From a virus (lineage: Duplodnaviria > Heunggongvirae > Uroviricota > Caudoviricetes): a stretch of 64,000 bases of DNA. The position numbers were made by a program, and so were the translations under genes. The notes below the pieces were generated by a model that saw nothing but the letters and a program-made list of their open reading frames with translations, made no database searches and had not been told where the DNA came from. This document shows, piece after piece, positions 1-10,184 of this stretch. The DNA is taken from the IMG/VR virus record IMGVR_UViG_3300028886_000031, positions 64,001-128,000 of that record; one strand, written 5' to 3'. The first letter of the stretch is position 1. Each line of letters starts with the position of its first letter.

Positions 1-1185
1 ATAGATTGGACTATAGCACCTTCTTCATTCTTTGATAATGCTATATTAATGGAAAAATTAACATCTGATGAACAGATTGTTCCTTGGGTGTTTGATATTA
101 ATGTAGATTTTAATTTTGACGTAGTTAAACAAACACTTATTGATTTTCTAGAATGTGCTCCTAAACTTATAGATATTACAGTACATAACATTGATGGAAT
201 TTATAGAGATTTTGAAACTAGAGTTATTAAAGATAAGAAGATTAATACAAATGAGAAGATACAGATATTTCTAGGGACAATTACAAATGATGAGAATTAT
301 GAGATATCGACTAGAAAGAAGAATATATTGACATATCCTACTGCAGAAGATAATTATAGACAGGTCAAAGTAGATACAGATCAATATAATGCTTTTAAAG
401 GACAATTTAATACAAATATTACACTAAGACAAAAACGTGAAATTACATCTATTTGTGATAGATTATTAGATGATGAAAAAAGAAGATTAAATGGTGAATT
501 CTATACCCCTACAAAATGGTGTGATTATTTTCATAATAGAATTTGTGAAACAATTAGTCCAAATTGGAAAAGTGAATATGTAGTATGGGATATGTCTTGT
601 GGGACTAAAAATTTAACAAGAGATTATAATTTTACTGAGTTATATTGTTCTACATTAGAACAAGCAGATTTAAATATAAGTCAGAATTATAACATCAATT
701 CCGTTAGTTTTAAATATGATTTCTTAAATGATGAATTAGAAAAATTACCAACAGGTTTATTAGAAGCATTTAAACAAAATAAGAAGATTATATTTTATTT
801 TAATCCACCTTATGGAACGAGTGGCGTTATGTCCACTGAAGAAGGTAATACTAAAGGTAAAGGATTATATAAAACAAAAATTAATAAAGAAATGCTTAAA
901 TTAAAACTTGCAGAATCTTCCAGACAATTATATGCTCAATTTCTATATAGAATAGTTAAAATTAAACGTCAATTTAATCTGACTAATTGTTATATTTGTA
1001 TAATATGTAATCCTGCATATATGCAGTCTAGTGGTTATAAAAAATTTAGAGAAATATTTTTACAAGAATTTGATTTTGTAGATTCTTGGCTATTTAATGG
1101 TAGTGAATTTAGTAATGTATCTTCTAATTGGGGAATTACATTTACAATATGGAAATCTATAGTAAATCCGGAGGACTTTGTATGA
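1..1185 (+). CDS. N6-adenine DNA methyltransferase, catalytic part (probably 5'-truncated by the window edge)
   Basis: GEFYTP (motif X), VWDMSCGTKNL (SAM-binding motif I) and FNPPYG (motif IV). The frame is open from position 1 to the ATG at 49, so the true start may lie upstream. Confidence 0.85.
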   Translation: MDWTIAPSSFFDNAILMEKLTSDEQIVPWVFDINVDFNFDVVKQTLIDFLECAPKLIDITVHNIDGIYRDFETRVIKDKKINTNEKIQIFLGTITNDENYEISTRKKNILTYPTAEDNYRQVKVDTDQYNAFKGQFNTNITLRQKREITSICDRLLDDEKRRLNGEFYTPTKWCDYFHNRICETISPNWKSEYVVWDMSCGTKNLTRDYNFTELYCSTLEQADLNISQNYNINSVSFKYDFLNDELEKLPTGLLEAFKQNKKIIFYFNPPYGTSGVMSTEEGNTKGKGLYKTKINKEMLKLKLAESSRQLYAQFLYRIVKIKRQFNLTNCYICIICNPAYMQSSGYKKFREIFLQEFDFVDSWLFNGSEFSNVSSNWGITFTIWKSIVNPEDFV

Positions 1186-2120
1186 GGACAGAATTTCCAC
1201 AGAAAATTGCTGATAGTAATGAAACTAAAATATTTTATAATAGAGATAATAATATTGGTACATTATTGGAGTGGTATAGAGAACCAATCAAAAATTTAAA
1301 AAATAAAATAGAATATTTAGCATTAAAAAGCGGAATTATACCAGTATCAGATGAATGTAAAAAATGTTGCTTAATAGAAAATTCTTTTGGATCTCTAATT
1401 TCTTGTTGTAATAATATATATCAAAGTACGATGTTTGTATTTCTGATGACTTGTCCAAATACACAAAAAAATGGTAGTGCTTTAGATAATACATCTATCC
1501 TTCCACAAAATTTCTTAAAATGTGTATCAGCGTTTACTGCTAGAAAAGCTATAGATTCTACATGGATAAATCAAAAAGATGAATATATGGCTCCAAATGA
1601 ACAACATCCAAAATTCCAGCAATTCCAGAATGATTCTATAATATACTCTCTATTCAATTCTTCATCACAACAAACATCTCTTCGTAATATTCAATATCAT
1701 AATAAAACATGGAATATTAGAAATAACTTCTTCTGGTGTTCTAATTCTTGGATTAAAGCATTAGCTGAATTATATAACAATGAACAAGTATATAATGATT
1801 TAATTCAATATCCAACAGATCCTTATGTATATACTTTAATAGGTCAAAAAATAACAAATAGAGAACCTTTTGGTAGAACAGCATTACAAGTTCTAGATAA
1901 AGCTTCTCATCTATTAGAAACTACTTTTCAATATAGAAATGAGTTTAACAATGAACATCCAGAATATCAAGTTTGCAATTGGGATTGCGGATATTATCAG
2001 TTAAAACCAATGTGGAAAAAGTATAAAGAAAAAGAGTTTAAAGAATTTAGAGAATTATATTTAACATTTAGAGATGAGTTAAAACCTTTGGTATATGAAC
2101 TTGGATTCTTAAAGGAGTAA
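1182..2120 (+). CDS. Putative specificity/C-terminal partner of the methyltransferase
   Basis: ATG at 1182 overlaps the MTase TGA (ATGA) with GGAGG just upstream. No catalytic motifs; the role is inferred from position. Confidence 0.55.
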   Translation: MRTEFPQKIADSNETKIFYNRDNNIGTLLEWYREPIKNLKNKIEYLALKSGIIPVSDECKKCCLIENSFGSLISCCNNIYQSTMFVFLMTCPNTQKNGSALDNTSILPQNFLKCVSAFTARKAIDSTWINQKDEYMAPNEQHPKFQQFQNDSIIYSLFNSSSQQTSLRNIQYHNKTWNIRNNFFWCSNSWIKALAELYNNEQVYNDLIQYPTDPYVYTLIGQKITNREPFGRTALQVLDKASHLLETTFQYRNEFNNEHPEYQVCNWDCGYYQLKPMWKKYKEKEFKEFRELYLTFRDELKPLVYELGFLKE

Positions 2121-2126
2121 TAAACA

Positions 2127-2432
2127 ATGGCATGTGATTCAAAACAGTTTTTGAAAGAAGTTGATGAATTTGTCAAAAATATTCTTAGTAAAAGTAGCTG
2201 GCTATTTGGACTTGGTGAGAAACGTGAAAAAGAAATTTATGATTATTTAGACTCTAAGTTTAATGGACATGAAATATACTATAGAAGAAGTGAGCCAACA
2301 TGTACTCAAGCAGAAATACTATTGAGATTAAAAGTTTTAAATAAATATGGAACTGGAAATGATATAATTATTTATAATTTTGATGTCAATGGAATTCCTG
2401 GTAGGTTATATTATAAAATAGAAAAGGAATAA
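2127..2432 (+). CDS. Hypothetical protein
   Basis: 101-aa ORF, AAGGAG RBS, tightly packed in the operon. Confidence 0.7.
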   Translation: MACDSKQFLKEVDEFVKNILSKSSWLFGLGEKREKEIYDYLDSKFNGHEIYYRRSEPTCTQAEILLRLKVLNKYGTGNDIIIYNFDVNGIPGRLYYKIEKE

Positions 2433-2437
2433 TTCGA

Positions 2438-3781
2438 ATGCCAGAGCACATAATACAACCAACTGGAACTCTTCTATCACAATGTGAAGAGCTATATGGC
2501 AGATATGGTAGATATATTAATAAATGGAGAGCTTTTCCATTATACGAGGATGGATTAAAATTAGCTGAAAGAAGAATATTGTACTCTGAATATTTAACTG
2601 CTAGAAAGAAATATACAAAGTCTGCAGAAGTTGTTGGATATTGTATTGGTAAACTCCACCCGCATGGCGACCAAAGCGCATATCAAACATTGGTTCAATT
2701 GTGTAATTGTGGATTAAGTGATTACAATGGTAATTTTGGTACATCTATTGGATTACATGATGAACCTGCTGCAGCTATGAGATATACAGAGGTAAAAATG
2801 AATCAAGATGTTGTAAACATGGCTTTTCAACATCTTGATTTTATACCATTTGAAGAATTGGAATTACCTACAAAGGAACCAATATATTTAGCATCTAAAT
2901 TTCCATTCTGTTTGTTGAGAAAGACAAATTATTGTATTGGACTTGGATTTGGATTCAGAACATATATGCCATCTTATACAAAGGAAGATCTTGTTAAACG
3001 TCTTAATTGGCTCTTAACTAAACAAGGTGCGGAGCCAATTATTAGACCAGTGACAGATTGTACTTTTGATAAGGATGATGAACCTTTTAAAGAACTTCTT
3101 ACAAAAGGTAAAGCAAAGATAATGTACAAAGGAAAAGTCAAACTAGATAAGGTAAATAAAGCCGTAATAGTTAATTCCATATCTCCAGCTAGGAAATGGA
3201 CTGGATTGTTAAATAAGTTAAAGGATCAAATACAAGTTCAAAAATCTATAGGATTCTTGGACGAATCATGTGGTGATAAAACGGAAGTTGTCTTTAAGGC
3301 AATTAAACGTGGTCAGGATATGGAGAAACTATATAAGTTAATTCAAAAGAATGTCTGCGGTGAGGTTTCCTTTACATGCAACGTATGTGATGTAGATGGA
3401 AACGTTAAGACTGTTTCGATAGATGAGCTTTTACTTAAATCTTATGAGACATATAAACAAGCTAACATTAAGATGTTAGAGTTTAATATTAAGAAATGCC
3501 AACAAATTATAGATGAATTAATATTGGTATCTAAAGTAAAGAAAGTTTTGCCTAAATGGCTTAAAGAGTGTCCAGAAGACATAGATGCTCTTATTAACGG
3601 TGTTTCTATGGATACATCTATTGATAAAGATGTTCTTAAAGAAATGTTTGATAAATATACGATACCACGTTTTCTTAAGTGCAAAACAGATACTGATGAT
3701 ATGCGTAAGAAAATGGATATTTTTAAAAATGATTTAGTTAACATCAACAACTTTGTCTGGAGGCTTTATGAACAGCTGTAA
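2438..3781 (+). CDS. Type IIA DNA topoisomerase, GyrA/ParC-like (T4 gp52-like) subunit
   Basis: RAFP..EDGLK..RRILY, KSAEVVG..GKLHPHGDQS, GNFG and the catalytic AAAMRYTE. At 447 aa it lacks a C-terminal pinwheel domain. Confidence 0.93.
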   Translation: MPEHIIQPTGTLLSQCEELYGRYGRYINKWRAFPLYEDGLKLAERRILYSEYLTARKKYTKSAEVVGYCIGKLHPHGDQSAYQTLVQLCNCGLSDYNGNFGTSIGLHDEPAAAMRYTEVKMNQDVVNMAFQHLDFIPFEELELPTKEPIYLASKFPFCLLRKTNYCIGLGFGFRTYMPSYTKEDLVKRLNWLLTKQGAEPIIRPVTDCTFDKDDEPFKELLTKGKAKIMYKGKVKLDKVNKAVIVNSISPARKWTGLLNKLKDQIQVQKSIGFLDESCGDKTEVVFKAIKRGQDMEKLYKLIQKNVCGEVSFTCNVCDVDGNVKTVSIDELLLKSYETYKQANIKMLEFNIKKCQQIIDELILVSKVKKVLPKWLKECPEDIDALINGVSMDTSIDKDVLKEMFDKYTIPRFLKCKTDTDDMRKKMDIFKNDLVNINNFVWRLYEQL

Positions 3782-4232
3782 ACTATTCGAGACACTCTCC
3801 AAATCCAATTGTAACTTAACGGAAGAATATAATCCAAAATCTTACGATTGTACGGAATCTTGTCCATGGTATTCTAAATGTTTCTATAATTGTGAATGTC
3901 CACCTCAAAATCCAAGATTACAGGAGTTCTTTGGTGGATGGCAGAAGTATGCTAGATATGATATAAATGATAAGAAATGTGTTTTATCTAGTATAAATTG
4001 TCCAATTATTAACATATTGCATCTAATTAGTCCAAATAAGGTAGATGATATAATTATTTATAGAGTAGCAAAAAAGAATAAGACACAAAAGAAGTATAAT
4101 ATACGATATTATTGTGTACAGGGCAATAAAACCAAACTGTGTGCTGATATCGTAGAATTGAATAATTTTATGGATAAACGTTGCAGTTATTCAGGAAGAA
4201 AAATTAATCTGGAGGATTTTAAAAATGTTTGA
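3768..4232 (+). CDS. Cys-rich hypothetical protein
   Basis: ATG at 3768 after GGAGG; CTESCPWYSKC..CEC cluster. Confidence 0.6.
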   Translation: MNSCKLFETLSKSNCNLTEEYNPKSYDCTESCPWYSKCFYNCECPPQNPRLQEFFGGWQKYARYDINDKKCVLSSINCPIINILHLISPNKVDDIIIYRVAKKNKTQKKYNIRYYCVQGNKTKLCADIVELNNFMDKRCSYSGRKINLEDFKNV

Positions 4233-4674
4233 ATGTAGTAAAACCTATAAGTTTGAATACGCACATCAGCTATTCACATCATATACAAATTTATGTCATG
4301 AAACAATTCATGGTCATAGTGGAAAAGTAAGAATTACTTTTAGAAATAATGAAAATGCCACATTAGATAAAGATAACATGGTCATAGATTTTGGTAAGAT
4401 TAGTGCTACCATAAAAGAATCACTAATGAGTAAATATGATCATGCATTGTTTATCCCAAAGGATTTTCCAAAGGAATATTTGGATATACTTGGTAAATAT
4501 AATAAAAGACTTACAATTACGGATAAGAATCCAACTGCTGAACAATTTGCGTATGATATATTCTATTTTGTAAAGCATATTTTACAATCAGAACCAAATA
4601 ATTGGATGATTTGCGTTACTAAAGTAGAGTTTTGGGAAACGGAATCTGGCTGTGCTACATATCAGGAAAGATAA
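4225..4674 (+). CDS. queD: 6-carboxy-5,6,7,8-tetrahydropterin synthase (PTPS/QueD)
   Basis: FEYAH, C..IHGHS, MVIDFG, DH, NPTAE and WETE motifs of the T-fold PTPS family. Confidence 0.92.
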   Translation: MFECSKTYKFEYAHQLFTSYTNLCHETIHGHSGKVRITFRNNENATLDKDNMVIDFGKISATIKESLMSKYDHALFIPKDFPKEYLDILGKYNKRLTITDKNPTAEQFAYDIFYFVKHILQSEPNNWMICVTKVEFWETESGCATYQER

Positions 4675-4676
4675 TT

Positions 4677-6074
4677 ATGGTTTTAAAAGTTGGTTCTTCA
4701 ATTGAGATCCCAGGAGACTGTAAAAATGTCTTCTGGGTATCTCAAGTTCTAAATGATCTAACAAGAACTCAAAAAAGTTATAATGATCCAGATACTGTTG
4801 AAACTGTCACGTTCTACGAATTAAAAAATAATAAGATTAAAATTCCTAGGTTGTATAATTTAGCTAGATATGGTGTAGAACTAGAGGAGTATAAGACAGA
4901 AGGGGAAGATATAAACATAAATAATGTGTTTAGTCCAAGAAATGAACTTCAAGTAGAGGGCGTTAAATACTTCTGTACACATAATGATGGAATTTTAAAG
5001 TTAAATCCTGGTGAGGGTAAAACAATTATTTCTATTATTGCTATATGTACATTAAAGAAAAAATCCATTATATTTGTACACAAGGACAGTCTTGTATCTC
5101 AATGGAAAGAAAGATTCTTACAAGCATCTGATATTAAGGAAGAGGATATTGGAATTCTAGATACATCCAAATATTTAGAAGTTATTAAGAAACCGATAGT
5201 TATAGGTACTGTTCAGACAATGAACAGTATGATTAAAAAATATCCAACATTAGAGGAAGACTTCAGAAAAGCTAATTTTGGAATTGGTATATGGGACGAG
5301 TGTCATACAACTGGAGGTGCTCCGTTGTTCTCAAAATCTATATATTATATTCCAGCAAGAAGATGTTTTGGATTAAGTGCCACGCCATCTAGAAGTGACC
5401 ATAATGATGATATAATTGGAATGCACCTTGGTAATGTAGTAGAGCCAAAAGGAAAATCTGATACATTAAAACCAAGAATTGTGATGACATATTTTGATTT
5501 TCTTGTAATGTCCACTTTCTCGTATTACATAAATTATGGATTCCCTGATAAAGATGGAAAAAGACAGTCTTATGCACAGTTTGATAAAAATAGATATTTA
5601 TCTATGTTAACATCTAAAAAACAAACACGATACATTAGAACTGTACATAAGATAATAGATGTTATTTATAAGAAGAACAGAAACATTTTGGTATTATGCG
5701 ATAGAATTAAAATTATAGATAAACTTGCCGCTGGTTTCCCGGAAGAGGATGTTGGATTCTTTCTACCTAGAACTGGAAAGGATAGGGACAAACATCTACA
5801 CAGAAAGATTGTATTCTCTACTCCTGGATCAGCAAGAGACGGAACAGATAATCCTGAGCTAGATTGTTTAATATTGGCTACGCCGCTGGGAAATTTAGAT
5901 CAAGCGATTGGAAGAGTAACACGAATGAAAAGTGGTAAAGCACAACCAATTGTTATTGATATAGTAGATTCTGGTTGTCCCGAAATGGTAAAATGGGGTG
6001 ATTACAGAAAAAGACAATATGAACAGAAAAAACAAGAATCCGGTTGGATGTTAGAAGAAAAGTTTTTAAAATAA
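4677..6074 (+). CDS. SF2 DExH helicase (UvsW/XPB-like)
   Basis: PGEGKT, DECH, GLSATP and QAIGRVTR motifs. Confidence 0.9.
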   Translation: MVLKVGSSIEIPGDCKNVFWVSQVLNDLTRTQKSYNDPDTVETVTFYELKNNKIKIPRLYNLARYGVELEEYKTEGEDININNVFSPRNELQVEGVKYFCTHNDGILKLNPGEGKTIISIIAICTLKKKSIIFVHKDSLVSQWKERFLQASDIKEEDIGILDTSKYLEVIKKPIVIGTVQTMNSMIKKYPTLEEDFRKANFGIGIWDECHTTGGAPLFSKSIYYIPARRCFGLSATPSRSDHNDDIIGMHLGNVVEPKGKSDTLKPRIVMTYFDFLVMSTFSYYINYGFPDKDGKRQSYAQFDKNRYLSMLTSKKQTRYIRTVHKIIDVIYKKNRNILVLCDRIKIIDKLAAGFPEEDVGFFLPRTGKDRDKHLHRKIVFSTPGSARDGTDNPELDCLILATPLGNLDQAIGRVTRMKSGKAQPIVIDIVDSGCPEMVKWGDYRKRQYEQKKQESGWMLEEKFLK

Positions 6075-6400
6075 TGTTAACTGTTAAACAAAAATTAATG
6101 TATGCAACTATAAAGAAATTATTTTCTAAGTTACATACAAAAAATACAGAGTTTTCTATGGATTATTGCAAATCCGTAATGAAAACGACAGTGAAGGAAC
6201 TGTATAAAATATATCCTGATAAGAATGTGGGTAAGTTATCTGTTAATTGGTTCGATGAAAAATTTAACAAAACACCAGAAATAGATAAAAACACATATTG
6301 TTTTGAGATAAACTTTCATGATATATACCATGAAATGCCTTGGCTTATATGCAGATTTTACAAAGGTCAAGCAAAGGTATCACTCTATCTCATCCAATAG
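6074..6400 (+). CDS. Hypothetical protein
   Basis: TAATG-coupled to the helicase stop. Confidence 0.6.
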   Translation: MLTVKQKLMYATIKKLFSKLHTKNTEFSMDYCKSVMKTTVKELYKIYPDKNVGKLSVNWFDEKFNKTPEIDKNTYCFEINFHDIYHEMPWLICRFYKGQAKVSLYLIQ

Positions 6401-6466
6401 AAAAATATAACTTTAAGCATAATATAATATATGTTATGAAAACAATAAACAAGAAAGATTCATATT

Positions 6467-6955
6467 ATGAATAATACAAACGAAAAAGTTATTCTAGAAG
6501 CAAAACTTCCAGCTCAGAAAAAAGAACAAAATATTCTAAAGTTGTCCATTAATGAAGAACAAGCATCAGCAAATATCGCAAAGAGTCTTGTTCAAGATTT
6601 CATGACATTAATAACTATTGCTGGTTTAAAGGCAGTATTTTTGAAATTTCCAGATAGAGCTGAGTTTTTACAACAGCTTAAAGATGCTTGGAAACATAGA
6701 ACATCTACTCAGATTGCTGAGGAAACAAAAATCTTCCAGAGTTCTATTATGGAAGCTTTTAGTTCTGAGGCAAGCGTCTCCAAGGAGACAACTGACAGGA
6801 TGAATAAACAATTAGAGTCTTTTTATGCTACTAGAGATAAGTCTGTTAAGATAGCTGAAGATGCTATTGATAATATTATCAAAGCAATAGTAGAAGATGA
6901 TGCAAATGATAAAACTGAAACACCCAAGACGGAGAACACGAATGAAGCACGATAA
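6467..6955 (+). CDS. Hypothetical helical protein
   Basis: 162-aa ORF after an AT-rich intergenic gap. Confidence 0.7.
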   Translation: MNNTNEKVILEAKLPAQKKEQNILKLSINEEQASANIAKSLVQDFMTLITIAGLKAVFLKFPDRAEFLQQLKDAWKHRTSTQIAEETKIFQSSIMEAFSSEASVSKETTDRMNKQLESFYATRDKSVKIAEDAIDNIIKAIVEDDANDKTETPKTENTNEAR

Positions 6956-8006
6956 AGAAACGTATCTTCGGCGTATTGAGATGAATCTCGATAACGCCAA
7001 TTATAGTGCGGAGAAGAAGGCTGAAATTTTTGCCAGACTCCGCATTAATAATATGGATAAGAATATAGAGAACTATCGCTGGAAGTCTATCCGTAAATAT
7101 TTCTTACATGATGTAGATCCTTTGAATATTAGGTTCTATAAAGTTATAGATCTCTGTTCAGCAGTTGTCATAAGGAATCCAGAGACAGATACGTATTCTG
7201 TGGCGTTTAGTTTTATACATCCATCAGATCTTAATATATATCCTTTTTATGATGAGTATAAGAAATGGACGTTAATTAATTACATCCGTGGAAAGTTTAA
7301 GTACGAAGGTATTAAGGCTAGAAGTTCCATTAATGCTATTTGTATAGCATATAATCAGAATAGCTCCAAATTTCCTAAGAATAGACTTTTGTTGCCTGAG
7401 CAGGGTCTTCCTAAGAAGATTGTTCCGTATCTTTATCTCAGAGATATATCTAGTTTTGTGTATGATACTCCAGTACAAGCATGTGATGACATCACGATTC
7501 AGGATATAAAGAATGGTATCTTGAATAGACCGGAAATTCTGGATAAACTTAGTACTAAGTATAGTCTCAGTAAGAACAAGTTGAAGGCTAGTGGAGTAGA
7601 TATTAGGGAAGTGAGATATTATTTAACATTCCAGAACATGAATTGTATGGTAATACGCAACAACGGTAAGTTTACAGTTACGTTTAGCTTCATGTCACCT
7701 AAGGAATCTATTGTATTCAAGAAGTTCTATAATAATCCAGTTGATATTGTTCTCTCTGGAAAACTTACATTGATAGAAAATTATCTGGCAAATAAGTTCA
7801 CATATATTGTAGATGATTCCAATAACAGTCTCTCTGCTGTTGTAAGGGCATTTAACTCTAATAAGAATAAGTTTCCGAATAAAATTTATAAGAGGCTGAA
7901 GATGGACATCAAGTTTGCTCCAGCACTAGGAACATCTGAAAATTATTATAATGAACTTAAAACCATTAAGTTTATGCCGGATGTTACAACACAGCAAACG
8001 TTTTAA
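6942..8006 (+). CDS. Hypothetical protein with two tandem homologous domains
   Basis: ATG at 6942 after GGAG. The pattern VIRN..(Y/F)xVxFSF..P..NY..KFxY..S..A..A(Y/F)N.N..KFP occurs twice. Confidence 0.75.
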   Translation: MKHDKETYLRRIEMNLDNANYSAEKKAEIFARLRINNMDKNIENYRWKSIRKYFLHDVDPLNIRFYKVIDLCSAVVIRNPETDTYSVAFSFIHPSDLNIYPFYDEYKKWTLINYIRGKFKYEGIKARSSINAICIAYNQNSSKFPKNRLLLPEQGLPKKIVPYLYLRDISSFVYDTPVQACDDITIQDIKNGILNRPEILDKLSTKYSLSKNKLKASGVDIREVRYYLTFQNMNCMVIRNNGKFTVTFSFMSPKESIVFKKFYNNPVDIVLSGKLTLIENYLANKFTYIVDDSNNSLSAVVRAFNSNKNKFPNKIYKRLKMDIKFAPALGTSENYYNELKTIKFMPDVTTQQTF

Positions 8007-8026
8007 TTAATTAGAGGATCATATAT

Positions 8027-8446
8027 ATGTTAATATTACCATCAGTAGGTGCTACTGTAAGTAAGATTCAATTAAATGAGTCTGCTACAAGGGCAAGAAT
8101 TACATTTAGTGATGGGAGCTCTACCATTGTTTCTACTGTAAACACGCCAACTAAAAAAACTGTTTCCAAAACAATGGTATCTCCAAATAAAGTAGTAAAG
8201 AAGAAGGTCGTCATTCATAAAGAATCTGCTGGAATGCCAATGTACAAGCAGTTTAAAACACGTGATGGACAGATCATTCCAGTCCCAACAATGGATCAAT
8301 CTAAGATGCAACTTATAGAGGCAAAGAAGATTGATGTTATTGCCCGTGCTAAGAAACGTGCTGAAATGCTAGAGGCTAAGACAATGGATGCCTCAGCAAA
8401 GATGGTAGCAGATATGAAGGACGGCGAAGAGATAAATATGACTTAA
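8027..8446 (+). CDS. Hypothetical basic protein
   Basis: 139-aa ORF with GAGG RBS. Confidence 0.7.
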   Translation: MLILPSVGATVSKIQLNESATRARITFSDGSSTIVSTVNTPTKKTVSKTMVSPNKVVKKKVVIHKESAGMPMYKQFKTRDGQIIPVPTMDQSKMQLIEAKKIDVIARAKKRAEMLEAKTMDASAKMVADMKDGEEINMT

Positions 8447-8593
8447 AGATATTAAATCTACTTAAAATGTTCTCTAGATGTTAAATATATTAATATATGA
8501 ATAAGAATACAATTCTCTGGACATTCATATTACTTGTTATTTTTATAACTGGTGGTTGTGTGTCCAGAGAAAAGTACATTCCTTGGTGGGCTA

Positions 8594-9259
8594 ATGAAGT
8601 TCGAAATTGATAATGATGTAGATGTTTCTTTTTCTGGAAGACATTCTAGGGGAACAACTCCAGTCGAATATAGACATCCAAACATTATTGATTTAAGAGA
8701 TTTTTGTTTGCCAACGGATAATCAAGGGAATACACCACATTGTGTTGGCTATACTGTTGGTGGTTTTTTGGAGGTACATAATTGGAAGAACACACATATA
8801 CCTAGACAAATAAATGCAGAGAAATTATATGATTTAGGTAGAAAATATAAAGCTGATACAAGAACTGGAACTCGATTGGAATATGTTTTATCCCAATTGA
8901 AGACAGATGGGTTCATAAAAGGAACTCCAAAAAAGATAGAGACAAAAGATATAAAATATTTTATTCACCAGTATGGTGTTGTGATGTGTGCATTTTACAT
9001 TACAAATGAATGGTATTCGTTAGATAGAAAATATAGAATTAAAGAAAAGAAAACTCCTAAAACTCTCGGTGGTCATTGTGTTTTAGGATGTGGATATTGT
9101 GAGGATGGTTTGTATATACAGAATTCATGGGGGTATAAGAAGTGGGGTAATTATGGTTTTGCCATTGTACCTTGGAATTTGGTATATAAACAATTATCAT
9201 ATTCCATGTGTGTCGATGGAATTGAACTATCCAATATCACGGAGTTTTTTAATGCTTAA
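8594..9259 (+). CDS. Papain-like (family C1) cysteine peptidase
   Basis: DLR..PTDNQG.TPHCVGY (oxyanion Q and catalytic C), GGHCVLGCGY (H), IQNSWG..WG.YG (N). Confidence 0.9.
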   Translation: MKFEIDNDVDVSFSGRHSRGTTPVEYRHPNIIDLRDFCLPTDNQGNTPHCVGYTVGGFLEVHNWKNTHIPRQINAEKLYDLGRKYKADTRTGTRLEYVLSQLKTDGFIKGTPKKIETKDIKYFIHQYGVVMCAFYITNEWYSLDRKYRIKEKKTPKTLGGHCVLGCGYCEDGLYIQNSWGYKKWGNYGFAIVPWNLVYKQLSYSMCVDGIELSNITEFFNA

Positions 9260-10184
9260 AGCTGATCCTAAAGTTCTAGAGAAAATAAAGAAACTATTAG
9301 ATCACCATGCTGGAAGTTTAAAAATAAATTCAGAACATGAAGCATTCTGTGCTTTGGAACTTGCTAAATCCATGATGAAGAAATATCATCTGGATATGAT
9401 GCAAGTGAAAGAGTCATTTGAGGAATCTGATATAACACATAGACCAGTTGATAAATGTTCTGTTTACAAGATTCCAATATGGATGTGTAATCTGATCAAT
9501 ACTGTGAATAATATTTGTAATTGCAGTTGCATATTGGAGAAGGTGCCACAAAGTAGTGGTTACATTCACATAAGCATTGTTTTTGTGTGTCTGGCTGCTG
9601 ATTTAGATAAAGTAACACATTTCTATAATTTCCTTAAGAAAACGGCGTATAAATTAGCGAATAAACACGTTAAAGAGATACATGGAAATTATACGAATTG
9701 GAGATCTTTTTGCGAAGGATTTACTTCTAGACTTTTAGAAAGGTCAAGAGTTTTCAACATAGATATTAGTGAAAATACATGGAAAGAAAGTTCGGACGAA
9801 ACAAGAGATGCTGAGGAATTCAGCGCTGATGATTTCGAAGAGTCCGAAGAGGAAGTAGATGATGATTTTGAAGAATTTGAGAGTGAAGATGATGTATCTG
9901 TGGATGAAGTTCCAGAAAAGAAGAGTGAAATAGATACAGAAATTGCTAAGTATGAACAAAACACAGATATACAATTATACGAATATTTAAGAAACGTTAA
10001 GAAGAAAATAGATTCTTATATCAAAAAGAACATGAATAACATACGATATGAGAATGTAAATAGAAAGTCTAATGTACTTAAGACTTCATATATGATTGGT
10101 AGAGAACAAGCTGAAAACACTAACTTGAAGTTCATTGATAAATCACATCAACTGACTTCGAAAACAAAGGAACAAAAACAATGA
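9252..10184 (+). CDS. DUF2786-like protein with acidic insert
   Basis: N-terminal EKIKKLL..SEHEA..AL..AK.MMKKY.LD and downstream SFCEGF, typical of DUF2786 proteins; long D/E tract. Confidence 0.7.
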   Translation: MLKADPKVLEKIKKLLDHHAGSLKINSEHEAFCALELAKSMMKKYHLDMMQVKESFEESDITHRPVDKCSVYKIPIWMCNLINTVNNICNCSCILEKVPQSSGYIHISIVFVCLAADLDKVTHFYNFLKKTAYKLANKHVKEIHGNYTNWRSFCEGFTSRLLERSRVFNIDISENTWKESSDETRDAEEFSADDFEESEEEVDDDFEEFESEDDVSVDEVPEKKSEIDTEIAKYEQNTDIQLYEYLRNVKKKIDSYIKKNMNNIRYENVNRKSNVLKTSYMIGREQAENTNLKFIDKSHQLTSKTKEQKQ

